Below are positions 21,262-33,081 of a DNA stretch of 64,000 nt, piece by piece. The position numbers were made by a program, and so were the translations under genes. Position 1 is the stretch's first letter, and every line of letters starts with the position of its first letter. Under the pieces are notes generated by a model, which was not told the origin of the DNA, searched no databases, and worked only from the letters and a program-made list of their open reading frames with translations. The stretch is from Corallochytrium limacisporum Hawaii (Eukaryota; Protista; Pluriformea), in assembly GCA_002811645.1 (NCBI GenBank), contig PDIP01000005.1, positions 7,345 through 71,344 on the forward strand, read 5' to 3'.

Positions 21262-24200
21262 TTTCTTTCTAAAATGGATATGTGGCCCGACGCGACAAAC
21301 ACTCTACGGGGAAAGGTCGCTGTTTTGTGGAAGTTTGTTCTTAACCATGCATATGATGAGGATTGCGAATGTTCTAGTAGGTGAAGAGCACGGTGCACTA
21401 ATTTGTTGGTAAACAGATATGTACCATCTAATCACTTTAGCCACGAACTTGGACACACTAGATGCACCCAGGAATATCGTAGTCGTCCCCAAAATTTCCA
21501 GTCACGGCGCTGCTTCGTTACAGTTGTCGGATGAAGCAAGTGTACCAAAGCCTAGGGACCCCAATAGATTACGTCCCCACCGAAAAACACGCCTCACTCT
21601 TCCTGAGGGGGAACTGACCGAAGCCTGTGTCAGTTTCCACAGTATTGGCAGCAGTGCGCTAAAAATATAAACTAACAGCAGGAGTCCACCATCAACTTTC
21701 GACCGAAACCCCTAAGCTCAGACGAAATCTGCGCTCGCTGTTGAAAACACACGTCCACAAACGACATATAGACCCAGCTGGTTTTCTCGGACCAGGACGG
21801 CACTCCTTCGGGGTTTGAGTATGCCTACCGAACATGTGCTTTTTTTTTTGGAGTGGTAGACCGTTTTCGTACGCCGCGGACTTTCTAGGAATCCATTTTT
21901 AAAGCGGTTCACTCTCCCTCCCCCTCCCTCCCCCGCCAAGGCACCGTTTGCTCCCTTGTGCTTTGTTTGTTGCAAGTAGTGCAACTTATTCAGTATTGTA
22001 TGGTAGAAATGCCTGCTGACTCTTACGCTTACGGTCGACCTACGGAACATCTCGACCGGTCTTCTCTGTTCCTTCTTCGTCAACATTGGGATAGGTGATT
22101 CCACAACCACGTTGGACATTTTCATACTCATAGTTAGAGATGTGAACTTCCCTTTGCCCTTCTTGGTCAGATTATCTTCTGCTTTCCGCTGACACTGGCG
22201 AAAAAAACAGAACACTTGTTTGCGAGACGTGGACACTCACGACTGAGAAATCACTTCGCACAAGTTTGTTGGGGCCCTCCCCGCCTCTCCTTCTCTTTCC
22301 CCATTGCTGGGCACTTCGGAATGTTCCATGTATCAGTTTGTTCTATGTCATGCCTATGCCATCCATTAAGAATAGAGCGTTTCAGCTGTCCAGACCCTTT
22401 CCCCCTCCCTCTTCCGTTCCCTTTTCCTTGGCCCCCCGGGGGGGGGGGGGGGGGGGAGGACTCGATTTTCCCTCACCAGCTCCAGAAATTCATGAATAGC
22501 AAGTATCCGATCCAACTGCTGTCCTAGTGTAACTATTTTAGTATACGAAACATGTCACCATTCATACTCCACTTCTGAATTTCCCTATTCGTCTATAACC
22601 CAGGGATCGGACGCACCCTCTTTTTTTCGTCGTCTCGAGCAGTAAGAATTGTCTGACCATGAGCATGACACAGGGAAGCATCAATGCTTGGTGTCGCCAC
22701 GCATTTCTATGGAGGACTAATGGAATTGCGGACTAGTAGAAAATGCGGTCTACGAACCAACACCAGAGAGCCATCGCATCGCGCTCCTGACGAGACTCAG
22801 GAATTGATTGCCAACACATCATTGGCCATAGGGATTGATCCAGCATTTCGGTATTGAAACCATAGGACAGAGCGGGGAAGGTTGGATACAAAAATTGGTA
22901 GCTGCATGCCAAGCGAGCACACGGAGCGGGTCTTCACCTTGCTTGCGTCCCTGGTCAGTATCCCGTGCACACCGAACCACTCCACGAAAATTCACGTACA
23001 TTTGGTATTAACTGTACAGTATTGTGACAGTGGACGACGTTCCATGGGTCACTCCACAGGCAGCACGGCAATAACCTTTTCAACACCGCCATTCGGGGCG
23101 GCGCGCCAACTCGTACAGATCTCAGTATACATTTCATGCCCTTGGTATATACCTTGATGACTCTCGCCGTACGGCGGTGGACACAACACGTGAAAAAGCG
23201 GATTGGTCAGCATTCTAACCGCGCTACGACACGCCACACACACACACACACACACCAACTGATAGACGTCACTGCGTAGTGGTATTGAATACATAAGCAA
23301 GAATGCACAGTTCGAACGCAAAGGGATTCCTTACCACAAATAAAAGACAATTGGCAAGTGTTTCCGGAGGGGTCCAAACAGCGAGGAGGAGTAAGAGTGT
23401 GCCCTTTAGCCAACGGTTGGCAATTTCTTCTTTGTCCGGGCAAGGTAGCAGTTCTCTGCCTTTGTGTATGGGTTAAGCTTTTGAGAATATACTGATGCAG
23501 AATATATAGTGAATACATAGGAACTACTCGTACCTGATCCGCAATCTTCCTGAAATCCAGGATAACAGGCGGCAAAAAAGCCAACTGCCCCTGCGCCCCC
23601 GCAAATCTACTACTCAGTGTGCCCATTTTTCGCGCCCAGATTCGCACATCATAGAAAATGTGTTACAGTTGGAACTCCAGGCAACCCCTCCAACCGTCCA
23701 ACTACCTACCAGTGCGACAGGCTTCTTTCGCTCTCTATGGCGTTATCACTGAGGTCCCGAGCCATTGGTTTTCAATAGATTTGAGAGTTCATGAATCCGT
23801 GGACCCCCTGAACTGTTGAGAAACTTCCTTCACCAGAAAACCGGATCTTCCGGATTCGCTCTTCCCCAGTGTGTAATGCCAATTTTGCGGCGTGAACCAA
23901 GCAGGGTCACTCCAATTACCGGCGGGGCCCGGACAGTGGTGGTCAACTTCCGTATGTTTTCTATAGATATTCTCTTCTAACCCCTCCCCGGGGCGGCTAG
24001 CACAATGTCCCAGTTTGGGCCCTCCATATCATTGCGGTCAACAGCACACGGATCCTCCTTTCCTCCCAGTGTGTGTTGTATGAAGGGAAACATGATCTCG
24101 CCTCCGCCCTTCGCTCGATGTGTGAGCAGTCAAGGAACGGTCTGCGGGATGCTAAGACGGTCATGAAAATTTTGGGCGAGTCCTCCATGCTCCCCATTGT

Positions 24201-26727
24201 GGTTATGTTTCCGTTTAGCCACTCTTGTGCTCTGTTGCCGCCGCAGAATCAGCTGATTTGCTTTTTTGCCTTGGTGGGCCTTTCAGTCCAGTCTTCTCCC
24301 CCCCCCAACCCTACGATCTCTTCGAAGCAACGGAAAAGTCCATTCATTGCTTATAAAGCAGAGGGTTTAGATGGTACTTTGTCTGTACCACCGGTACATT
24401 GAGAAGGCGCATTCGCGAGGCGGATTGCTTGGGTGACGCTCCGGGCCAACTTTTCCTATCTCTGAGGGACACGGGCTCTTAAGATTCTATTCCTGGTTTT
24501 CCGCTGCACTGACACTTCCCCAGCCAACGCCCACCCCCAGCCCCCTATGTTCCATTCGGTGTGATTTTCTGGGTACGGAGATTTTCTATGGGTGGATCGA
24601 CGGGAGATGATGCATGCTAAAGGGGTGTGGCTGGGGGAGGCCTGGATCATGAGTGCGTTCGGTGAGTCAGTCAATTGTTTGTTCTGTCAGGAATCTGTCT
24701 GTCTTTTTGTCCCCGTTCTAAAAACAAGGGGATTTACCAACCATAGAGTTGTCTTCGTCCAGGATCTACGAGTATTTGGTCCTTGTTGGTCGGAGGATAG
24801 GTCAAGGACTATCTGTCTAATTTTAGGAACTACTATAGTACGGATGGAACACTGTGGGGAGCGTAAAACACACTTACATGTAATGGGTCTTCAACTTTGG
24901 GTCTTGAGTGAAGCACAGCATGTTAGGTGCCCCATCTGTACTAATTTATCATGGTGTTCATGCTAACCTTGCAATCGGCAAGGAGGGCTCACTGGAACGA
25001 GAACGGGACTTAGGTCATGCAGGGGGGTGCGAGGATTTGATTGGGTTTTCAAGCCGAGGGCGAGTTACGCTACGGTAGTAGTATCCAAACAGTCTGCTTC
25101 GTAGCATTGCTTCACCTGCAAGCTTCTTATGGGAAGAGATCCGTCGATCTCTCCCAACACCGTCGCCTATCGCCTGACTGCTCATGTATCGGTGTCAGTG
25201 GTCATCAGACTGGCTTACAAGTTGCTCATCATCAGAAGCAACATGTTGACAATCATCAGCAGTGCTGTGCTGCGAGTGCGTGGGTTGGGCATGCTCGTTG
25301 TGGGTCTGATAGTGAACGAGGCACAGGGGCCCGCCCAGCTGCCTAGTCCGTGAATTGATCCACGAAGGTCAGAGTAGCCGTTGGGGACGATTTTCGATAG
25401 ACGGGTTCAGCAAAAGACCCACTAGACTATAGCCAAATATGTATCTTTTTCTGCAGATGACAATCGCTTGAAACACAATGACAAGAACAAGGTCTCGATT
25501 GTTTGAGGACGGACACTGCCCCATTGCAGGGTGCGGTGAGGCCATCGGTGGTGGCCAATACATTGGATCGCTGTGGTCGCCCACGAAGTTGGGGTAGAGG
25601 ATGCCGTCGATCGCGCCGTTCAACATGCAAAAAACTTATGTTGAACGCGGTGGAGGCGACCTCGCTTCTGTTAGATTCGTCCCGTCTGCTGTGGTCATTG
25701 TGCATCTGTGAACCAGATTTCCGCGAAAGGTATCCGGTGGTGACTCTCCGCGGAAGCAGGTTTGGACCTTAATTACATAATAAATATATGGCAATAAATT
25801 GGTTCCGGCAGCAGAATCTAAATCGGTGTGCTCTACCCTGTCGAGGCCATGATGATGGATCATCAACGATGTGGAGGGAGGGGGCCGTTTGTGGAACGAC
25901 GAAGGCACTCCCTACCCTCATTCCATTTCCATTGTCACTCGGAAATGTCGGTTACGGGAAACACGGATCATATCATACGACTGGCTCACTATATAAAAAG
26001 CGAAGCTGACAATTGCAAGGACGTGTGGTGTGCGTGTAAAACGGCGGTGACACGAGTCCCTGTGGTGCGCTTACTTGTTCCATGCCTGGATGCTGGGTGC
26101 GCGACGGGCGCTGTGTGCGGACGGACAGGTAGGGGGTAAACTTCCTCCCCGTGTTTGTTGGGGTTGGTGGCTGACCAATCAGAGCTCACTGCTCAGCACC
26201 CCTCCGGGAGGCAATGGGGGCCGAATAAAAATTGATCAATAACTTGAATATATTCTATTGAATCATTTTTAATTTATATTGGTGAATCGGGTCCAATACA
26301 TTCAGTATACCTGTTGCGAGTTTTGGTACATTTAGTATGGGCCTCTTCCGAATCTCTGATCCTCATCCTTCCGGACCAATGGGCGACGTTTCGCGAGTAC
26401 ACACCGGCCTCCGTATCTGACGGTGAAGCGGCAAAGGTAGTAGTGAATGTACTGTGCTACCGTGTTTTGTGTGGCTTTTTTGCGCTGGGGCGCGCGGAGG
26501 TCTCTGTCTCGAAAACTCAGTGGTGGAGAGGGGATCCGCGTAAAGTTCTACTGCCGCATTTGACGCAGGCCAAGAATTTCATATTTGACTAATGATGGCG
26601 ACGTCCTGACCCTTTCTTCTTGGGTGTCCATACCAGGTGCTTGGATATACCATGCTATTCAAGACAATGCACTCGCTCTCCCTGACCACGGTAGCATACC
26701 ACGAAGTGATGGAAAGTTCTAGATAAG

Positions 26728-26763
26728 GTATGTGTCTCCATGTTGACCATGATCGTATGTTAG
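26728..26763 (+). other. Candidate short 5'-UTR intron of FAF1
   Basis: AAG|GTATGT..TTGAC..TAG (36 nt; alternative acceptors at 26766 and 26774); removal deletes upstream ATGs. Confidence 0.45.
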
Positions 26764-26789
26764 TAGGGGAATAGCTTATCAACGGCACT

Positions 26790-27316
26790 ATGGACCTTTC
26801 ACAGGAAGAAAAGGATGACAAGGTACAACAGCTCCTTGCCATCGTCAGCGACTATGACATAGACATAGTCAGAACGATGCTGGAAAGCTGTAATTGGGAC
26901 GTGGAGAGGGCATTAGATGGGCTACTCTCGTCAAATCTGGGAGGCAGCAGTTCCGCACCTCCGCCGCCTGTGACCACCTCAACTACGATGGCTCCCAGCG
27001 ATTTCACGCCAATGTCTGTGGATAGTGCGGCTGCGGAGCCACCAGCTAGGAACAGGGCAGTCGTGGTGCAGGGACTACGCGATGAACCGATGATTTTGGA
27101 AGTCGCCAATGACATGAAGGTACGCGACTTAAAGATCATGATAGCTACCATGTTGGATAAACCGACAACTAAACCAGAGGACATTGATCTTTTTGGATGG
27201 GAAGCTTCGCGCCAGCCCACTGATGTAGATACCATCCGCAGCATTTTAGGCAACGGTGAGGATCCCATCAACCTCATTGGAGCGGAAGCTGGCACCAGTG
27301 GCAACCCTATCAACAT

Positions 27317-27347
<31 letters not shown>

Positions 27348-28886
27348 CACGAAAACGATCAGGCTGTGGATGGTGGATCGGATGAAGCCTTGCTTCAAAA
27401 TGTTGCACATCATGTGGAGATTATCAATGAATATGCTGCACAACCCAATGCTCGTGGCCAGGAAGGGCTTGAGCTCATTGAACTTGATTTACCTGGCAGC
27501 AGTCGGCTCCGGGACGTCTACGAGAACGTGGAACAACTGACAGGGATACCCATTAATGCACAGACGTACAGAGGATGGCAAGGCCAGGAACCTTCCATCC
27601 GCACAGAACTGTATAAATTGCCAGGTCTGCCGGTGCAGAACAATCGGCGGTGCCTGCGTCTACATTTATTTGCGAAGGAGTACTGGGCGAGCAGTCAGAT
27701 TGAACAGAACGGTAGCAGTGGCTACAATCTGCGGCCATCGAATCGATCTCGTGACAACTATCAAGAGCTCGACATGGACTACGTGAGTGATGATGAGGAG
27801 ATTGAGTTGGATGAGGATGACGACTACATCGTGGATGACATTGACAGCGGAGTGGGCCGGTCCAGTTCGGCCCGAGATCGGGACATTGAGTCACAGATGC
27901 TGATCCCTCCGCAAGTGTGTGCAGAAGACATTGTGAGCGTCATGTTCGGGGAGCGTTTTACAGAATTATACCAGAACGGTGAGATAAGTAATCTGCACTT
28001 CAATACCGGTCTGTTGAGGGACAATTTGCGTTCCGCACGGGCCAACGGCAAGATTGTACTGGTATACCTGCATAATGGTATTGAGAGCCGCATGGAGACT
28101 AACGTCTTCTGTGAGCATGTGCTGACCGCACCGGAAATCATTGAGGAGATTAATCTGAGCTTCGAACTGTGGGGTTGGGATATGGAGGATCCAATGCGAG
28201 TGCAGGAAATCCAGCGCATTTTCACGGAACAGGTGGGCAACGGAAATATCCCCACTGCCGTACGTTCTCCAGCATTGATTGCATTGGTGAAACTACATGG
28301 TAAAGCGATGGCCGACGTGGTGGGCCAGGTGCAAGATGCCTTGACACGCACTGAGCTGCATACGGAGCTGGAGAACATCCGCTCAAGGGCCCTCCCGATA
28401 ATTGCGGCAGATCAGGAAGAGGAGAACCGCCGCAAGGCGGAAGCCCAGCAGCGTCGTCAGCTCCAGGAGCAGCAGGACAGTGAATTCCATGCCTCTTTGC
28501 AGGCGGACAAGGAGAAGGAAGCACTGAAAGAGAAAGAGGCAGAAGAACAACGTAAGAAGGACGAGGCCGAGGCGGCTGCCGCACGGTCCCGCGAAGAACA
28601 CATCGCGAAACTTGCTGAGGCACTACCACCGGAACCAGAGGGCAATGACGCCGTAGTTTTGAACTTCCAGATGCCTGACCGCAAGCGTCTTCAGCGCAAG
28701 TTCTCAAAGACGGACCCTCTGAGCGCTCTGAAGGCATATCTTGCGTCCCAGGGCATGCATCCGGAAGAGTTTGTCATGCTCACAAACTTCCCGAAGCGCA
28801 CCCTTACCGAGTTGGACCAAGACCAGTCCCTCGAGGCGGTGGGTCTCAACCGCGACATGGTGCTGGTGCGCCCGATTGGTGACTAA
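26790..28886 (+). CDS. FAF1: FAF1-type p97/Cdc48 adaptor (UBA-UBL-UBL-UAS-coiled coil-UBX)
   Basis: 698 aa; UBA (LESCNWDVERAL), two ubiquitin-like segments, UAS (LVYLH..FC..WGWD), EQQDSEFHASLQADKEK coil, UBX (RLQRKF..TNFPKR). Confidence 0.88.
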
Positions 28887-28987
28887 CTACCATGGGCTTC
28901 CTTGACCGAAACTTCTAGTGTAATTCATGTTCCCAACAGTTGTTAAAGAACCAGAACTCGTGTCATCGACGTCTTGTTTATTCTTGA

Positions 28988-30208
28988 TCAAATACATTCG
29001 GTATGAAAAGCATACCATCCGTCAGCATGACCGCCCTCTCCAGTATTCTTCGGTTCCCGCACCAACGGTGGCTTCTTTTCATCGTCATACTCCGCAAAGA
29101 ACCGCCCGCATTGATCGCATTTGCGCCTGAAGAGGTCGTTGTAGCTCCACACCCAGACGAGGAGTGAATTGAAAATGAAACTGAGGGCGGTGCCTGGCCT
29201 AGTACCGTCTGTCATTAACTCGGCTTCCATTTCGAGCTCCTGCAGACGCACAAGGGCCATCCGCGTCAAGTGCTTGAAGACCGTGTGCCGCGATCCGGTT
29301 CCCATGTTCAGACCGCTGCTACTCGAACTCTCGTCAATGGAATGGATCTGCAGGCCGCGGATCTGGACTTCTTTCTTGTCTTCAATGTGGTGGAGGAAGA
29401 TCTGCAACTGGAAGACAGGAGAGAGGTGCACGATTAACGTACCGCAGTGGCCCAGGTCGGTAACGATAAGTTCTGGATCGCCCCTTACCAGATCCGGCCT
29501 TGGTAGGTCAATCATGCGCAGACGGTTGTCGAGACGGAAGCGGCTGTTTGCGTCGATCTGGCGCAGTCGTACAGCGTCGCACTGGGGTTGCACGCTCTGT
29601 GTCTCGGTCTGCATGACTACAACGTAAGATGCAGGGTTACAGCAGGGCAAGAAGTAGTAGAGCAGAGCGTGGTGAGTAAAATACTCCTGCGGTAGGTTCT
29701 CCAAGGGTTCCGGGAGACGGTAGAAGCGGCTTTGGTCCTTGGGTTCCGTCGCAATTGTCTGCCCTACGGACCCGAGCGATGATTTACTAACGCTAAGAGC
29801 AGTACTATGCCGTGCACGCTTAGTGATCGAAGCGTAGATGCTGGCCAGCGTGTCTGCCTTCCGTTTCAAGCCCTTAACGGCTTGGCTATTCTGTACAATC
29901 TGCGGTCCCAGGATTCGATCCGCGGTAAGCCCGAACGGTGGCTTCTCATTGACTTTTGCCCGGTGTTCGTCCACATTCTTTGCAGCATCCTTTAATTTCT
30001 TCACGGTCTGCTTGATCCGTGCGACATTAGTCTTCACGCCTGATATAAACTCCCCGGCAGGTAGTGGGGTAGCAACATGGTTTAGAAGTCTGAATACATC
30101 GCTTCGAAGGCTGTGCAGGATCTGACTCGCATTGTTCAGGGACGCATTTGCGACATCCAAACTATGTGAACGTTCCGACACGGCGGTGGTCTTTGTTGAT
30201 GGGCTCAT
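28988..30208 (-). CDS. MED27: Mediator subunit Med27
   Basis: 406 aa; N-terminal LRSDVFRLL helix, SRHTVFKHLT, C-terminal WVWSYNDLFRRKCDQCGR..PP..AFHTEC zinc-binding motif. Confidence 0.88.
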   Translation of the reverse strand: MSPSTKTTAVSERSHSLDVANASLNNASQILHSLRSDVFRLLNHVATPLPAGEFISGVKTNVARIKQTVKKLKDAAKNVDEHRAKVNEKPPFGLTADRILGPQIVQNSQAVKGLKRKADTLASIYASITKRARHSTALSVSKSSLGSVGQTIATEPKDQSRFYRLPEPLENLPQEYFTHHALLYYFLPCCNPASYVVVMQTETQSVQPQCDAVRLRQIDANSRFRLDNRLRMIDLPRPDLVRGDPELIVTDLGHCGTLIVHLSPVFQLQIFLHHIEDKKEVQIRGLQIHSIDESSSSSGLNMGTGSRHTVFKHLTRMALVRLQELEMEAELMTDGTRPGTALSFIFNSLLVWVWSYNDLFRRKCDQCGRFFAEYDDEKKPPLVREPKNTGEGGHADGWYAFHTECI

Positions 30209-30312
30209 TTCTAGAACTTTAAATTAACAAGGACTGCTGACTGTTGGCTTTCGTGGAACCATCCTCATTGACATGTTGCTGTACTCCTTCACTTTCTTTT
30301 CATGTAACTTTC

Positions 30313-30387
30313 CTGAATATTTCTCTTGGATGACTTAGCATAGTTTTGTAATGGAATGCCCACCATGAAATAGTCACACTCTCTTAC
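30313..30387 (-). other. Candidate 5'-UTR intron of MED27
   Basis: CAG|GTAAGA..GCTAA..TTCAG|G, 75 nt. Confidence 0.4.
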
Positions 30388-30639
30388 CTGATTGAGAACG
30401 AGCATAACCAAAACTACGAAAAACATCAACAAATTCAGCCACGGGCTTTTTGTTGGACTGAGTAGGTTCCGCGCCTCCTGGGGAGAAAAGACACACAGGC
30501 TCTGCTTTCCAAATACACTAACAAAAAGTATACACAATTACGGCTGGGCCGACTGGCCGTCGTAATTCAATTAATGATAGTAAGAATTATTAGGGTTTCG
30601 GTTATTGTCACGAAGGGGCAGAGAGTGTATTGAGGGAGG

Positions 30640-30737
30640 CCCCCCCCCCGGGGGGGGGGGGGAAAACCTCGTCCGAACGGGTGTTACTCGGCGCCTTGCG
30701 CCCGTTTGGTGACGATTTGGAGCCCCCCCCCGGGGGG
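30640..30737. promoter_or_regulatory. Two CnGn palindromes (C10G13, C9G6) upstream of MED27
   Basis: Read directly from the sequence; lie in the divergent MED27/CCDC6 spacer. Confidence 0.4.
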
Positions 30738-30799
30738 AGGGGGTGGAGGGGGAGAACGTGGTGGCTCAGGAACGTCCTAACTCCTCATGCTAGTCACAC

Positions 30800-31255
30800 C
30801 TATCCCCCATCGAAGGCATTAGACATTTGGACGGGGTGTAATGCCACTCCTGAAACATTTGGACTGGCTGCAGCATGTCCAAACAGCCTTCTCTGCAGAC
30901 GATTCATTGTTGAACCCGCAAGGGTCGAAAGGCCGTAATGTATCGCCATTACCAGGCTACGGCGACCAAACGGTCTACTGGAGAGAGTTCAAAGTCCTGC
31001 CTACTTGCCATTTTGTTTGGGTATTTTGACAAAAGGACCATGGAGGTATTTGATACCAGATTCCTGAACGTGCCACTCTCCGAAGTGACGCACCAGTCTG
31101 CCCAGGTCGTTCGCGACCTAAGGGAACACTTTGCGACGAACTGGACAAAGTGCTGGACCATCTATGCAGTTTCATGCACTCGAAGGTGGCCAACACCGTT
31201 CTCCTGGTACACAGATTATTCTTGTGGCCGCGATTTGAGGCCGAACTGTGCGCAA
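30800..31255 (+). pseudogene. Possible frameshifted coding relic
   Basis: Island of complex sequence between poly-G/C tracts; protein-like peptides switch across the three + frames; no family recognised. Confidence 0.2.
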
Positions 31256-33081
31256 TCCGGGGGGGGGGGGCACCCGAACCCACAGCTCTTCCTGTCGAGG
31301 CAGCAGGGCTCCTCTATATTAACGGTGTGTAGACGTGTTAGAAAAGTATCCTACCGCTGCAAAGTGTTTCAGAAATTTGCAGCGGGTCCCATCCCCGCCC
31401 TCCCCCCTTCCCTTCCCTTCCCCAGGCGAGCCCCCCCCTTCCCCACTGCAGGTCTCTGTGTTCCCTTTTCAGCAGCCGGACTTTTTGCCAAGTCGGCCAA
31501 CCGGGTCAAAGCGGGTCTGTTCCACCGGGGCCGTGTTGCCACCCGTCACTTTTTGGTAAGGACTCCTCTTCCCCCCCCCCCTCTTCCCGGGCGGCGGTGT
31601 TTCTTTTGCTCTACCCAAACCCCGTCGGATTCCAACGTTCTGGGCCCCCGCGTACCACAATACCGACCAATCGCAGAATTTATTGTTTGCTCGGTTGATA
31701 TTTTTGGTAACATTTTCTTTCTTGTTTTCTTTATAACTGTTTTTTAATATTTTGCTGCTCTCTGTCCCCACCCAAAAAAAATTCCTTTCCCTTGGCTGGC
31801 AGAGTAAGAGCGCAGGCCCACACTTTCCCTCGCCCCGGGTTCTTCGAGCAAGCAAAAGCTCAGACCCCACCCCCAACCCAACCCAGCCCAAACGCACAAA
31901 ATTAATTTCACATATTTTATGGTTCGTGTGCCTGCTGCTCGCTGGTATATAGCCTGGGCCCCATCTACGGACCAAGTCGGCAGCAAGGTTTTCGATATTT
32001 TTGTCCCCTGCCCGGGTTGGGCGACGGTGGGGATGAGCCCGTGGTGGGGGGAGTGGGTCCCGTCCCCCCCCCCACCCCCCGGGGGGCCCCGGTCCCTATC
32101 GGTTAACAGCGGGGCCCCTAAGCACAAAGAGAGCGAGAGAGAGAGAGAGATAGATTGAACTCGTGCTCCCCAGGAACCGCAGGGGGCGCCACGGGTGGTG
32201 CACATAGACAACCACCGTCACCCGCCAGCGGGCTGATTATTTCAATTGCCCTGGCTGGTCAGCCCCCGCCCTCCGGGATTCTCGCTCTTGATCGCTCTGC
32301 TTGGCCCTGGGTTCCCTTCGGGCCAATCCCGACCGCCGTTTTTTCTGAGTTTTCTTCGGCTTATTTGCATTTCTCTATACTTTTTTCAGCCTTTTGCCCG
32401 AAGTTTTGTCCGTTCCAAGGAGCTCAGCTCAGGTCGGCTCCTTTTTAACTATTTTTTTTTGACAGCAGGAGAGCAAGCCACACAAAGAAAAGAAAGAATG
32501 AAATAAAAAAGGGAAGAAATTAACGGTGCAGGAGAAAACAGAGAAAAAAATTGTTAAGCTACCCAACCAAGCCATACGAGCGGAGAGTGCCCGCCTTTGG
32601 TGGAGTGCTAAGTTGCCAACTTTATTAGGCCGTGGTGCATTCTTACGCAATGTTGGAATGAAATTTAAAAATTGCCCGTTTCTCGCTCCTTTGACGCCAA
32701 GACAGCTGACCCAGGCTTGGTGTGTGATGTCCCGGAGGGACGGTGGGGACTAGGAAGGGTTTTGGGGAGCGGGACGTTGGGAACTGAGGCAGCGATATTT
32801 GCAGGTTTTTTGTCACTGTCCGTTCGTCGTTCTGTATTTTGCTGGTTAAAGTTTCTGGATTGCTTCCTGACTACTGTCTGGGTATTTAGGTTGTGCCTTT
32901 TGGAAGAAGATCGATGGTGATGTTGGTGGTTACGGACAATTTCCGGTTGATCGAGAAACGCACAACGTGAGAGCCTACCCGGGCTGCAAGGTTCAGAGAC
33001 ACGGAAACGACTATGTAACCTAGAATTGTTCGGATTCAGACCCGTAGACCGGTCCATTGAATTTCAATACGAACTAGAAGA

